The notes under the pieces are model-generated. The model had not been told where the DNA came from. It saw nothing but the letters and a program-made list of their open reading frames with translations, and did not search any database. A stretch of DNA of 64,000 bases, taken from contig CAZHZC010000006.1 in assembly GCA_964537135.1 (NCBI GenBank), positions 6,669 through 70,668 of the forward strand. The letters are read 5' to 3'. Shown here in pieces: positions 17,391 to 28,098 of this stretch; positions within the stretch are counted from its first letter, which is position 1, and each line of letters starts with the position of its first letter. Source of the stretch: an uncultured Rikenella sp. GTDB taxonomy: Bacteria; Bacteroidota; Bacteroidia; Bacteroidales; VadinHA17. The position numbers and the translations under genes were made by a program.

Positions 17391-19534
17391 TGATCATGAA
17401 CGCATTGAAACATATCAGTACAATAGCGAAGAAGCTGCACCTGCATGATTGGCAGGTTGAGAATACTATAAAGCTGCTTGATGACGGGGCTACAATACCG
17501 TTTATTAGCCGCTACCGGAAAGAGATAACCGGAACCCTTGATGAGACCGGGGTAGCAGCCATACGTGATGAGTATGGACGCCTCAGGGAGCTGGATAAAC
17601 GGCGTGAGGCGGTCATAAAGTCAATCACGGAGCAGGGACGGATGACCCCTGAGCTGCTGGACAAGATCAATGAGGCAGCCGCCATGTCACAGCTTGAAGA
17701 CCTCTACCTGCCATACCGGCCCAAGCGGAGGACCCGTGCCTCGGTAGCCAGGGAGAGGGGGCTGGAGCCACTGGCCCTCTGGCTGGTGGCACAGCGGCAG
17801 GGCGACCCTGAGAGTGAGGCGGAGAAGTACCTCACTGAGGAGGTGGCCACAGCCGTGGAGGCGCTGGCAGGAGCACGTGACATCATAGCCGAGATGGTGA
17901 GTGAGGATGAGAAGGTGAGGGGATCACTCAGATGGCTCTATGAGCGTGAGGCGGTGATCACCTCCAGGGTGGTGAAGGGCAGGGAGCAGGAGGGCGCCAA
18001 GTACAGTGACTACTTCGAGTGGTCTGAGCCACTGCGGCGATGTCCGTCACACCGTATGCTGGCGATGCGCCGCGGTGAGGAGGAGGGGTTTCTCAGGGTG
18101 ACCATCATGGCGCCCGCCGAGGAGGCCCTCAGCCTGGTGGAGAAGCAGTTTGTCAGGGCAGCAAATGAGGCGGCACAACAGGTGAGAGAGGCTGCCGGAG
18201 AGAGCTGGGGCAGGCTGCTGGCACCATCAATGGAGACCGAATTCAGGAGGGTGTCGAAGGAGAAGGCTGACGGAGAGGCGATAGAGGTATTTGCATCTAA
18301 CTTGAGACAGCTGCTGCTGGCACCACCACTGGGTGAGAAGAGGGTGATGGGCATTGACCCGGGGTTTCGGACAGGATGCAAGGTGGTATGTCTCGACAGC
18401 CAGGGAGCACTGCTGCACAACGATACAATATTTCCCCATCCGCCACAGAATGAGACGGCACGCAGTGTGAGCAGGCTGCTGACACTGGCTGAGACATACG
18501 GTACTGAGGCAATAGCCATAGGTAACGGTACCGCCAGCCGCGAGACCGAACAGTTTGTACGAAGATACCTGCCACCAGACTCAGAGATAAAGGTTTACGT
18601 GGTGAGCGAGGCAGGAGCATCAGTATACTCAGCCTCGAAGGTGGCACGTGATGAGTTTCCTGACCACGATGTGACGGTACGTGGGGCTATCTCTATAGGC
18701 CGGCGCCTTATTGATCCGCTGGCTGAGCTGGTGAAGATAGACCCCAAATCGATAGGGGTGGGACAGTACCAGCATGATGTTGACCAGGCACGGCTGCAGA
18801 CAAGCCTCGATGAGGTGGTGACCTCGGCCGTCAATGCTGTTGGGGTTGAGGTAAACACCGCATCACCACACCTGCTGACATATGTGTCAGGTATAGGACC
18901 CGGTATGGCACAGAATATTGTCGGTTACCGTAATGAGAACGGTCCCTTCAGGTCACGGGCAGAGCTGATGAAGGTTAAGCGTATGGGTAAAAAGGCGTTC
19001 GAGCAGGCTGCCGGATTCCTTCGCATACGCAATGCCGACAATCCGCTTGACGCCTCAGCGGTGCACCCGGAAAGCTACCATATAGTGGAACGGATGGCGG
19101 CTGACCTGGGCTGTACGGTCACCGAGCTGATAAGAGATGAAGGCCGGCGGAAGGAGATAAGGATTGAGAGGTATGTCACCCCTGAGGCGGGACTCCCGAC
19201 ACTCAACGATATCATGCAGGAGCTTGCCAGGCCGGGACGTGACCCCCGCTCAGCAATTAAGGAGTTCAGCTTCGCTGATATACACTCACTTGATGATGTG
19301 AAGGAGGGGATGGAGGTGCCGGGAATAGTGACCAATATTACAAAGTTCGGCGCATTTGTCGATATCGGGGTGGGACAGGACGGACTGGTACATGTGTCAC
19401 AGATGGCTGACCGTTACGTTGATGACCCCTCGAAGGTGGTGAAGCTGCATCAGCATGTGACTGTGAGGGTGATAGGTGTTGACCATGCCCGCAACCGGAT
19501 TCAGCTCTCCATGAAGAGCGCAAAAAAGAGATAG
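17390..19534 (+). CDS. tex: Tex family transcription accessory protein (YqgF/HhH/S1 domains)
   Basis: 714 aa. N-terminus ...WQVENTIKLLDDGATIPFISRYRKE, and a C-terminal S1 domain (GIVTNITKFGAFVDIGV). TAATG overlap with the rlmI stop. Confidence 0.93.
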   Translation: MIMNALKHISTIAKKLHLHDWQVENTIKLLDDGATIPFISRYRKEITGTLDETGVAAIRDEYGRLRELDKRREAVIKSITEQGRMTPELLDKINEAAAMSQLEDLYLPYRPKRRTRASVARERGLEPLALWLVAQRQGDPESEAEKYLTEEVATAVEALAGARDIIAEMVSEDEKVRGSLRWLYEREAVITSRVVKGREQEGAKYSDYFEWSEPLRRCPSHRMLAMRRGEEEGFLRVTIMAPAEEALSLVEKQFVRAANEAAQQVREAAGESWGRLLAPSMETEFRRVSKEKADGEAIEVFASNLRQLLLAPPLGEKRVMGIDPGFRTGCKVVCLDSQGALLHNDTIFPHPPQNETARSVSRLLTLAETYGTEAIAIGNGTASRETEQFVRRYLPPDSEIKVYVVSEAGASVYSASKVARDEFPDHDVTVRGAISIGRRLIDPLAELVKIDPKSIGVGQYQHDVDQARLQTSLDEVVTSAVNAVGVEVNTASPHLLTYVSGIGPGMAQNIVGYRNENGPFRSRAELMKVKRMGKKAFEQAAGFLRIRNADNPLDASAVHPESYHIVERMAADLGCTVTELIRDEGRRKEIRIERYVTPEAGLPTLNDIMQELARPGRDPRSAIKEFSFADIHSLDDVKEGMEVPGIVTNITKFGAFVDIGVGQDGLVHVSQMADRYVDDPSKVVKLHQHVTVRVIGVDHARNRIQLSMKSAKKR

Positions 19535-19537
19535 TAA

Positions 19538-19612
19538 AGCTGATGACCATTGCACATAGTTTAGCTGATAACCAATAAACATATTATAGCTGATAACCAT
19601 TGCACTATAAAA
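19538..19612. repeat. 25-bp direct repeat x3 in the tex-ptrB spacer
   Basis: agctgatgaccattgcaca (19538), agctgataaccaataaaca (19563), agctgataaccattgcact (19588). Confidence 0.8.
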
Positions 19613-19629
19613 AATACAATTAAAGACCT

Positions 19630-21768
19630 ATGAAACGAATAAGTTTGCTTATGACTGCTGCTCTGTTAGCCCTGATGTCATGTGGCAGGAAACCTGCTCC
19701 GCCGGTAGCTGATAAAATACCTTACCTGGTAGAGAACAACGGCAATGAACGTGTTGACAACTATTTCTGGATGCGCCTCAGTGATGAACAGAAGAACGCT
19801 GAGACACCTGATGCCCAGACAGAGAAGGTGGTTGATTACCTTAATGCGGAGAATGAGTATGCCGCTGCCGTCATGAAACATACCGAACAGCTTCAGGAGA
19901 AGCTGTTTGATGAGCTTAAGGGACGGCTGAAGGAGGATGATGAGACCGTTCCCTATCTTGACAACGGCTACTGGTACCAGACCAGGTACTTCCCGGGCAA
20001 GGAGTACCCGGTCATCTACAGGAGAGCCGATGGTGCTGACGGGGAGGAGCTGTTGCTTGACGTGAACCAGCTGGCTGAAGGGCATGACTATACCGGCGTG
20101 GGAGGGGTGGCAGTATCGCCTGACAACACCCTGGCAGCCTATAGCGTTGATCATGTCAGCCGCAGGCAGTACACCCTCAGGGTCAAAGATCTCAACAGCG
20201 GTGAGCTGCTGGCCGACGAGATAGTCAATACTACCGGTCAGAGTGTATGGGCCGGTGACAGCAGGAGGCTCTTCTATGTCAGCAAGGACCCCGAGACGCT
20301 CAGGGCGGCAACCATCATGATGCATACCCTGGGTACGGAGGTGTCAGAAGACCTGATGGTCTATCATGAGGCTGATGAGACCTTCTCGGTGAGCCTCGGA
20401 AAGACCAAGAGCAGGAAGTATATAACCATAACATCATATCAGACACTCTCTACCGAGGTGCGGATAATAGAGTCAGAGAGTCCGGAGAGAGGAGCCATCA
20501 TCTTTGAGCCGCGGGGAAGAGACCACCTCTACTCGGTTGACCACCTCAACGGACAGTTCTTTATACGTACCAACGGTGAGGGCGCTACCAACTTCAGGCT
20601 CATGAGCTGTGGTGAGAATGTCACCGCCATGAAGGGATGGAAGGAGGTGATCCCCCACCGCAGCGATATCCTGCTTGAAGATTTTGACCTCTTTGATGAC
20701 TACCTGGTGGTCAATGAGCGGATCAGCGGTCTTACCAACCTGCGTATCATCAACATGCATGACAGCTCTGAGCATTTCCTTGACTTTGGTGAGGAGACCT
20801 ATACCGCAGGCATAGGCATCAACCCCAACGCCAACACCACCATGCTGAGATACAGCTACTCATCACTCACCACGCCGGGATCTACCTATGACTATGACAT
20901 GTCTGACCGCACACGGGTGCTGCTCAAGCAGGATAGCGTGCTGGGCGGGTTTGACAGCAGGAACTACGAGTCGAAGCGCCTCTGGGCGACAGCCGCAGAC
21001 GGTACCCGGGTACCCATCTCGGTGGTCTACCGTAAAGGGTTTGAACAGAACGGTATGGCACCGTTGCTGCTCTATGGCTACGGCTCTTACGGACTATCCA
21101 CAGACCCATATTTCCGTACAACCATTATCAGTCTGCTCGACCGTGGGTTTGCCTACGCCATAGCACACATCAGGGGAGGGAGCGAGATGGGACGCCAGTG
21201 GTATGAAGATGGCAAGCTGCTGAAGAAGATAAACACCTTTACCGATTTTAATGACTGTGCACGATTCCTGATAGGTGAAAAATATACTTCGGCCGACCAC
21301 CTCTATGCGCAGGGAGGCAGTGCCGGCGGCCTCCTGATGGGTGCCGTGATCAATATGGAGCCTCAGCTCTACAAGGGAGTAGTGGCTCAGGTGCCGTTTG
21401 TGGATGTGGTGAGCACCATGATTGATGAGACCATACCCCTCACAACCTTCGAATGGGATGAGTGGGGTGACCCGAGGAAGCAGGAGTACTATGACTATAT
21501 GATCTCATACTCACCCTATGACCAGGTGAAGGAGCAGGCCTATCCAAACATGCTGGTCACCACCGGCTACTGGGACTCACAGGTACAGTACTGGGAGCCT
21601 GCCAAGTGGGTGGCCAAACTGCGTGAGATGAAGAGTGATGACAATATCCTGATAATGGATGTCAATATGAGTGCCGGCCATGGAGGCGCCTCGGGCCGTT
21701 TTGAACGGCTTAGGACCACAGCACTGCAGTATGCATTCATGCTTGACCTGGAAGGGATTAAGAAGTAG
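19630..21768 (+). CDS. ptrB: S9 family serine peptidase, oligopeptidase B (protease II)-like
   Basis: 712 aa with a lipoprotein-type signal (LALMSCG), a beta-propeller region and a catalytic GGSAGG nucleophile elbow. Confidence 0.85.
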   Translation: MKRISLLMTAALLALMSCGRKPAPPVADKIPYLVENNGNERVDNYFWMRLSDEQKNAETPDAQTEKVVDYLNAENEYAAAVMKHTEQLQEKLFDELKGRLKEDDETVPYLDNGYWYQTRYFPGKEYPVIYRRADGADGEELLLDVNQLAEGHDYTGVGGVAVSPDNTLAAYSVDHVSRRQYTLRVKDLNSGELLADEIVNTTGQSVWAGDSRRLFYVSKDPETLRAATIMMHTLGTEVSEDLMVYHEADETFSVSLGKTKSRKYITITSYQTLSTEVRIIESESPERGAIIFEPRGRDHLYSVDHLNGQFFIRTNGEGATNFRLMSCGENVTAMKGWKEVIPHRSDILLEDFDLFDDYLVVNERISGLTNLRIINMHDSSEHFLDFGEETYTAGIGINPNANTTMLRYSYSSLTTPGSTYDYDMSDRTRVLLKQDSVLGGFDSRNYESKRLWATAADGTRVPISVVYRKGFEQNGMAPLLLYGYGSYGLSTDPYFRTTIISLLDRGFAYAIAHIRGGSEMGRQWYEDGKLLKKINTFTDFNDCARFLIGEKYTSADHLYAQGGSAGGLLMGAVINMEPQLYKGVVAQVPFVDVVSTMIDETIPLTTFEWDEWGDPRKQEYYDYMISYSPYDQVKEQAYPNMLVTTGYWDSQVQYWEPAKWVAKLREMKSDDNILIMDVNMSAGHGGASGRFERLRTTALQYAFMLDLEGIKK

Positions 21769-21859
21769 CAGATCACTGTCCGCCGGAAAGGGTTGGCAGG
21801 CGGCGGAGGCAGCCGGACCGGAGGTTGATCGCTCCGACCCGTCCTCTCAGCCCGTTTAC

Positions 21860-23434
21860 TCAGAACCCAAACCCGAACATAGAGCTCTGCCTGGTTGACT
21901 TCACCTCAGGCTTGCGCGGTATCATCTCATTCATCATGGCCGCGTTGTAGGCAAACCAGGCAGTGATGATGGCATTATGCCGCAGGTCAGGTACCAGCAG
22001 TCGCTCACGGGTGTCAGCCAGGGTGTGATACCCTCTGCGATAGTCTATCTCATCCTGTATAAACTGGAAGCCCGGCAGGCCGGCGCCGTCAAAGCTCTGA
22101 TGGTCAGTGCCACCGGTATTCCTGATGGTTATTGTGGTGAAGCCCATATCTCTCATGGGTGCCATCCAGGCCTCAAACCAGGGTTTTACAAGGTTGTTCT
22201 CCTGAAGGTAGATACCACGGTAGCGGCCGGTGCCATTATCCATGTTGAAGTAGACTGAGAACTTGTCAAATCCAGGCTTTTTCTTGTCTTCTGCCCTGTC
22301 ATAGAGATATTTGGTGACATAGCCCCTTGAGCCGATCAGTCCCTGCTCCTCACCTCCCCACAGTGCTACCCGTATGGTACGGCGCGGCTTCACATCAAGA
22401 GCCTTCAGTATGCGCAGCGCCTCAATCATCACAATACATCCGGAGGCGTTGTCAGCGGCACCGGTACCGCCATGCCATGAGTCGATATGTGCACCAAGAA
22501 GTACCACCTGGTCTTTTAGCTTCGGGTCACTGCCGGGTATCTCACCGATGACATTATAAACCTTCTTGCCGGGGGTGAAGCTGGCTGCTATCTCAGCCTC
22601 CACCTCTACCTTCTCACCCTCCCTGATCAGTCTCTCCATGCGGCCGTAAGGCTCCAGCGGGATACTTATCTCAGTCACCGGCTTGTCACTCTTGCCGTCA
22701 TACATGGCACCTGACGATTTGGGTATGTTGAAGGGGTTGCCCTGGCTGATGGTCATCAGGATACCCTCAGTGCGAAACAGCTCGGCTATCTTGCCCCTGA
22801 GCGCAAACTGTGCCATAAAGTTACCCATCATCCTGAACTGCCCCCTGCCACCACCGGCATCAGCCATGGAAAGGTCAGAGAGCTCCTGATCGGTATAGCG
22901 AATGGCCTGAGGATCAAAGCTCACCTCATACTGGGCTGATTGTGGTACCATCACTATCTTTCCTTTTAGCTTGCCACGGTACTTCTCAATATCCTCCTCA
23001 CTCTTGATATCTACAAGCACAACCTCACCACGTATGGTGCCAGAGGTGCCGGAGCTCCATGCCACCGGGGTGACCGCAAAGTTGTTGTAGTATGGGGAAA
23101 CCATGGCGGCATAAGCCTTCGTATAGTCCCATCCGCCACGCGGGAACTGATCAGCCTCCTCGATACGGACATTGGAGAAACCATACTCGGCCATCCTGGC
23201 CCTGGCGATCTCATTTGCCCTGTCAAGGCCCTCAGAGCCGGTAAGACGCGGACCGGCAAGGTCGGTAAGCAGATAGGCAAGTGTCTCAATGTCAGAGTTA
23301 CGCTGACCCTCCTGCCTGATCTTGTAAACCATCTCAAGGTCAACTGAGGCCTCCTGTGCGAGGGCCGGGATGACCATAGCAGAAAGAAGGAGTGCCACCA
23401 GCAGAATCCTGTACTGTTTGAAGCAAATTTTCAT
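21860..23434 (-). CDS. M28 family metallopeptidase with PA domain
   Basis: Signal peptide from ATG 23434. Zn-ligand contexts LGAHIDSW, ...GAADNASG, ...[11 protein letters not shown]. Confidence 0.85.
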   Translation of the reverse strand: MKICFKQYRILLVALLLSAMVIPALAQEASVDLEMVYKIRQEGQRNSDIETLAYLLTDLAGPRLTGSEGLDRANEIARARMAEYGFSNVRIEEADQFPRGGWDYTKAYAAMVSPYYNNFAVTPVAWSSGTSGTIRGEVVLVDIKSEEDIEKYRGKLKGKIVMVPQSAQYEVSFDPQAIRYTDQELSDLSMADAGGGRGQFRMMGNFMAQFALRGKIAELFRTEGILMTISQGNPFNIPKSSGAMYDGKSDKPVTEISIPLEPYGRMERLIREGEKVEVEAEIAASFTPGKKVYNVIGEIPGSDPKLKDQVVLLGAHIDSWHGGTGAADNASGCIVMIEALRILKALDVKPRRTIRVALWGGEEQGLIGSRGYVTKYLYDRAEDKKKPGFDKFSVYFNMDNGTGRYRGIYLQENNLVKPWFEAWMAPMRDMGFTTITIRNTGGTDHQSFDGAGLPGFQFIQDEIDYRRGYHTLADTRERLLVPDLRHNAIITAWFAYNAAMMNEMIPRKPEVKSTRQSSMFGFGF

Positions 23435-23633
23435 GTTGATTAGATTTAGTCGGATTAAATATAGATTCATTAATACCAGCAGAGTGTAACATTAACATTA
23501 ATTAACTTTACTTTTGTCGCTCTGCAGCTATAAATTCCGGATCTGGTTGTAGCGGCTCTGGTCACTCTCTGCAAAACCCTTTTGTCAGTAGAGTGATAAT
23601 CCCGATATTTGATTTTGATCAGGCAGACCAATT

Positions 23634-26123
23634 ATGACCTACCCCGATACATATGAGACCAAGATAGGTTTTGACCAGGTGAGAGAGCTGCTGGCAGCGC
23701 ACTGTCTCAGTGAGGCGGGGGTGAGGCAGGTAACGGCCATGACGGTCGCCGCTGATGCAGAGATGGTTAGACATCAGCTGGCCCTCACTGCCGAGTTTCA
23801 GCAGATACTCTCCTATGGCGAACCATTCCCCTCAGATAACTATAATGATACGGAGGCTATCCTTGACAAGCTGCGTATTGAAGGCACCTTTCCCGAAGCA
23901 GCAGAGGTGATGCTGCTGAGGAGCTCGCTTGATACGGTGAGACGGATCATCGCCTTCCTGCGCAACAGGAAGGATGGCCGCTATCCGCTGCTGGCAGCGA
24001 TGGCTGCCGGGGTGACCTGGTATCCGTTTGTGACAGAGGCAATAGACCGTGTTATTGATAGTGAGGGAAGGGTACGTGACAGCGCATCACCCGACCTGAA
24101 GCAGATAAGGGGTGAGCTGACCTCCAGGAGAAATGCGGCAGTAAGAAGGCTGCATGCCATAATGCGACAGGCACAAACTGACGGTATCGTTGAACGTGAC
24201 GCTACCGTGGCAGTACGGCACGGCAGGGGTGTGATACCGGTCAGTGCAGCCAACAAGAGGGCATTGAGGGGCTTTGTGCATGATGAGTCAGCATCAGGAA
24301 AGACAGTCTTTATTGAGCCGTCAGAGGTGGTTGAGATAAACAATGAGATAACTGAGCTGGAACACAGGGAGAAGCGTGAGATAGTACGGATACTTACAAC
24401 CCTGGCTGACACCCTGAGACCATATATCGGTGAGCTGCATGACACCTTCAGGTTCATGGCCAGGATAGACTTTATCAGGGCAAAGGCAATCTTTGGCAAC
24501 CGGCTGGGCTCGCTTATGCCATCAGTAGCCGACGATCCGCATATAAGGTGGATCAATGCACGCCACCCGCTGCTGACACTGGCATTTGCACGCAGCGGCG
24601 ACAGGAAGGTGGTGCCGCTGACAATAACCATCGGGAGCCGCGACAGGATACTGGTAATCTCAGGTCCTAATGCCGGAGGTAAGTCGGTATGCCTCAAGAG
24701 CGTGGCACTGATACAGTATATGCTTCAGTGTGGAATGACAATACCGGTTGATGAGGGGAGTGAAGCGGGCATATTCAGTCGCTTCTTTATCGATATCGGT
24801 GATGAGCAGAGTCTGGAGAATGATCTGAGTACCTACAGCTCACACCTTCTCAATATGAAGAGTATACTGCGGCATGCCGACGCCTCCTCACTGGTGATGA
24901 TAGATGAGTTTGGTACAGGAACGGAGCCGCTGCTGGGAGGGGCCCTGGCAGAGGCAGTGCTGGCTGAGCTTAACAGGAGACGGGCTTATGGGGTGATAAC
25001 CACTCACTATACCAACCTGAAACACTATGCCACCTCACATGAAGGTATCAGTAACGGCGCAATGGCTTTTGACAATCAGCTGATGCAGCCCCTCTTCAGG
25101 CTTGAACAGGGTAAGCCGGGCAGCTCATTCGCATTTGAGATAGCCAGGAAGATAGGACTGCCGCGGGAGATACTGGCCGATGCTACGGCAAGGGCAGGTG
25201 AGGGAAATGTTAACTTTGACCGCAACCTGAGGGAGATAGCGCGTGATAAACGCTACTGGGAAAAGAAACGTGAGGCGGTGAGAAAACATGAGAAACGGCT
25301 CGAAGAGATGATAACAGCATATGAGACACAGCTGGGAGAGATTAAGAGCCAGAAAAAAGAGATCATAGGTGAAGCACGCACCAGGGCTGAAGAGATGTTG
25401 CGCGACACCAACAGGGTGATAGAAAATACTATACGCCTCATACGCGAAGAGCAGGCTGAGAAGGAGAGGACCAGGGAGCTGAGGGAGGAGCTGGAGCGGT
25501 ACCGCAGGGAGCTGAAGGAAGAGGAGCTGCAGGAGGAGGAGCTGAAGGAGGAGGTGAAAGGGAGAGGGAAAGAGGAGGCGAAAGGGAGAGGGAAAGAGGA
25601 GGTGAAAGGGAGAGGGAAAGAGGGGACGAAAGAGAGAGGGAAAGAGCGAGCCAAAGCACCCGCCCCTGGTGACTATGTCAGGATCAGCGGAACAGGGAGC
25701 GTGGGTGAGATAGTAGAGATACGCGGAACCAAAGCACAGATAGTGGCAGGAGGGGTGAAGATGATCATTGATATCAGTAAAACCGAACCGGTGAGTAGCG
25801 GTGAGTACCGCAAAAGCCTGTCTGACAGCACAGTGAGACAGCAGTCCGCCTGGGGAGAGGTACCGCAACGCAGTAGCTTCAGTCCGGAGATAGATGTCAG
25901 GGGGATGCGGGCTGAAGAGGCACTCAGGGAGGTGCAGGAGCTGATAGATACCGCCCTGGTGATACAGTTCAGGCAGCTGAGGATAGTGCATGGAAAGGGT
26001 AACGGTATACTGAGAGAGCTGATACGGCGCTACCTGGAATCGACCGGCGTGGTGAGCAAGGCCGGCGATGAGCATGTTGACAGGGGAGGTGCCGGGGTCA
26101 CCATCGTTGAACTTGATATCTGA
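23634..26123 (+). CDS. mutS2: Endonuclease MutS2 (MutS domains + C-terminal Smr)
   Basis: 829 aa with Walker A GPNAGGKS, DEFGTGTEP and a C-terminal Smr domain (IDVRGMRAEEAL...LRIVHGKGNGILR). Confidence 0.93.
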   Translation: MTYPDTYETKIGFDQVRELLAAHCLSEAGVRQVTAMTVAADAEMVRHQLALTAEFQQILSYGEPFPSDNYNDTEAILDKLRIEGTFPEAAEVMLLRSSLDTVRRIIAFLRNRKDGRYPLLAAMAAGVTWYPFVTEAIDRVIDSEGRVRDSASPDLKQIRGELTSRRNAAVRRLHAIMRQAQTDGIVERDATVAVRHGRGVIPVSAANKRALRGFVHDESASGKTVFIEPSEVVEINNEITELEHREKREIVRILTTLADTLRPYIGELHDTFRFMARIDFIRAKAIFGNRLGSLMPSVADDPHIRWINARHPLLTLAFARSGDRKVVPLTITIGSRDRILVISGPNAGGKSVCLKSVALIQYMLQCGMTIPVDEGSEAGIFSRFFIDIGDEQSLENDLSTYSSHLLNMKSILRHADASSLVMIDEFGTGTEPLLGGALAEAVLAELNRRRAYGVITTHYTNLKHYATSHEGISNGAMAFDNQLMQPLFRLEQGKPGSSFAFEIARKIGLPREILADATARAGEGNVNFDRNLREIARDKRYWEKKREAVRKHEKRLEEMITAYETQLGEIKSQKKEIIGEARTRAEEMLRDTNRVIENTIRLIREEQAEKERTRELREELERYRRELKEEELQEEELKEEVKGRGKEEAKGRGKEEVKGRGKEGTKERGKERAKAPAPGDYVRISGTGSVGEIVEIRGTKAQIVAGGVKMIIDISKTEPVSSGEYRKSLSDSTVRQQSAWGEVPQRSSFSPEIDVRGMRAEEALREVQELIDTALVIQFRQLRIVHGKGNGILRELIRRYLESTGVVSKAGDEHVDRGGAGVTIVELDI
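25547..25645. repeat. 24-bp in-frame tandem repeat, about 4 copies (EE[VA]KGRGK), in the MutS2 coiled-coil linker
   Basis: gaggaggtgaaagggagagggaaa-type units read directly. Confidence 0.85.
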
Positions 26124-26169
26124 CCAAAAGACAAAATGAATAACTTTACATAACGCAAAAACCGAGACC

Positions 26170-28098
26170 ATGAAAAAGCTTACACTGCTTTCTGCTGCCC
26201 TGGTGCTGACTGCGCTGCTGCAGCTCCACGGACAGACCAATGATTTTTATGACGATGCTCCTACCAATCAGCTGAAGGGTAACAGGAAGATAGTAGTCAC
26301 CGGGGAGGTACAGAGGGATATGACTATTGATTTAAACCGGCTGCCGAAGCACAGCATCACTGTCAAGGAGACCACCCTCAGTGATGGTGAGATAGGCTTC
26401 ACCGGTGCCTACAGGTATGACGGCTGCTCCCTCTATGACATTCTCGACAGGGTGGTGCTGAAGAAAAAGAATGAGGAGCAGTTTCCGCCAATAGTAGACC
26501 TCTATGTGGAGGTGACAAATGACAAGGGTGAGAGTGTGCTCTTCAGCTGGGGTGAGATCTACTACCCGGTCAACAGGCACCGTATCATGATTGCCACCTC
26601 CGTGGCACGTATAGTACCCTCCAAAGCGAAGGATCTGTGGCCACTGCCCCTGGAGACAAAGATTGTGGCCGGCAATGACCTGATCACATCACGTAATATT
26701 GGTAACCCGGTAAAGATCACGGTTAAGTCGCTCGACAGCAGCTACCCCATCCACAAGGGTATGGAGTCACCATACTCAGAGACCATGCGTATAAGCGTTA
26801 ACGGCAAGCAACGCTCCCTGCTGGCTGAGCTGCCCGCCACCTTGTATCAGCATACATATCAGACGGTCTTCTATGGCCGGGGAATGGGTATTCACGGAAC
26901 AACACCCTTTACCGGCGGCATGCTGCATGAGCTGCTTAAAGATCATTACAGGCTCACCCCGCTCGCACTGCAGCAGGGTATGGTGGTGATAGCAGGTGTT
27001 GACGGGTATCGCGCAGCCTTTACCCTCAGTGAGATAGTCAACCGCAATGACCAGCAGGAGGTGCTTGTTATTGATCGTAACAACTATGAGGGGGCAGGAC
27101 GGTTTTCTATCTTTCCGGCAGCAGACTTCTTCTCTGACCGTGCCATCAAGGCGGTGATGGAGACAGACCTGTTGCTGCCGACGGAGGGTGCTCCCTGGGC
27201 AATAGTGATCCATGGCGGCGCAGGAGCGATAGCACGTGAACGGATGAACCCGGAGGCTGAGGAGGCCTACCGTGCCATGCTGCAGGCAGTCGTCGACAGC
27301 GGCGCTGCGGTGCTCAGCAGCGGAGGGTCAGCCCTCGATGCCATAGAGAAGGCTGTCAGAATGATGGAGGACTCACCCCTCTTCAATGCCGGCAAGGGGG
27401 CGGTCTTCACCCATGAGGGACGCAATGAGCTCGATGCAGCCATAATGGATGGCAGTAACCTGGAGGCAGGGGCTGTGGCAGGGGTGACCGATATACGCAA
27501 CCCGGTAACTGCAGCACGAACGGTGATGGAGAAGTCAGTGCACGTACTGCTCACCGGCAGTGGAGCATCTGAATTTGCTGCAGAGCAGGGTCTTGAGATA
27601 GTTGACCCGTCATACTTCCGGGAGGAGTCGCGATACAGGGAGCTGCAACGTGCACTCGAGAGAGAGAAGCATGGCACGGTAGGGTGTGTGGCACTCGACA
27701 TGAATGGTGACCTGGCAGCCGCCACATCAACAGGAGGGATGACCAACAAGAGGTATAACCGGCTGGGTGATGTGCCGGTGATAGGAGCAGGCACCTACGC
27801 CAACAATGCCACCTGCGCCATATCGGCAACCGGGCATGGTGAGTTCTTTATAAGGTATACCGTGGCACATGATATCTCGGCACTGATGGAGTACCGGGGG
27901 ATGACTCTCGATGAGGCAGCACGCGAGGTGGTAAAAGAGAAACTGGTCAGGGCAGGCGGAACAGGCGGTGTGGTGGCGGTAGACAGGAAGGGCAACATCA
28001 GCATGCCGTTCAATACGGCAGGGATGTACCGCGGGTACCGTACCTCACAAGGGAAGAGTGGTGTATACATCTTTGATGATGAGCCTGACAGGCTGTAA
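26170..28098 (+). CDS. Secreted fusion protein: unknown roughly 340-aa N-terminal region + isoaspartyl peptidase/L-asparaginase (Ntn hydrolase)
   Basis: Signal peptide. The C-terminal half has VIHGGAG..., HGTVGCVALD (Thr nucleophile), GAGTYA..., ATGHGE. The N-terminal half looks internally duplicated (FTGAYRYDGCSLYDIL...FSWGEIYY vs FTGGMLHELL...DGYRAAFTLSEI). Confidence 0.8.
   Translation: MKKLTLLSAALVLTALLQLHGQTNDFYDDAPTNQLKGNRKIVVTGEVQRDMTIDLNRLPKHSITVKETTLSDGEIGFTGAYRYDGCSLYDILDRVVLKKKNEEQFPPIVDLYVEVTNDKGESVLFSWGEIYYPVNRHRIMIATSVARIVPSKAKDLWPLPLETKIVAGNDLITSRNIGNPVKITVKSLDSSYPIHKGMESPYSETMRISVNGKQRSLLAELPATLYQHTYQTVFYGRGMGIHGTTPFTGGMLHELLKDHYRLTPLALQQGMVVIAGVDGYRAAFTLSEIVNRNDQQEVLVIDRNNYEGAGRFSIFPAADFFSDRAIKAVMETDLLLPTEGAPWAIVIHGGAGAIARERMNPEAEEAYRAMLQAVVDSGAAVLSSGGSALDAIEKAVRMMEDSPLFNAGKGAVFTHEGRNELDAAIMDGSNLEAGAVAGVTDIRNPVTAARTVMEKSVHVLLTGSGASEFAAEQGLEIVDPSYFREESRYRELQRALEREKHGTVGCVALDMNGDLAAATSTGGMTNKRYNRLGDVPVIGAGTYANNATCAISATGHGEFFIRYTVAHDISALMEYRGMTLDEAAREVVKEKLVRAGGTGGVVAVDRKGNISMPFNTAGMYRGYRTSQGKSGVYIFDDEPDRL

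Noticed and set aside
23981-24697. 238-aa antisense ORF within mutS2. Similar long antisense ORFs lie at 18010..18519 (tex), 19678..20325 (ptrB), 27267..27794 (asparaginase), 48902..49564 (oxidoreductase) and 15268..15762 (exonuclease)
   Set aside because: Each is opposite a strongly supported gene and has no recognisable motifs. Such ORFs are expected by chance in GC-rich coding DNA.
25125-26240. 371-aa minus-strand ORF, plus 25253..25654 and 25438..25659, antisense to mutS2
   Set aside because: It lies entirely opposite a well-supported MutS2 coding region. The translation is low-complexity (S/F/L/P-rich) and is kept open by the purine-rich repeat. No start context or recognisable domain.
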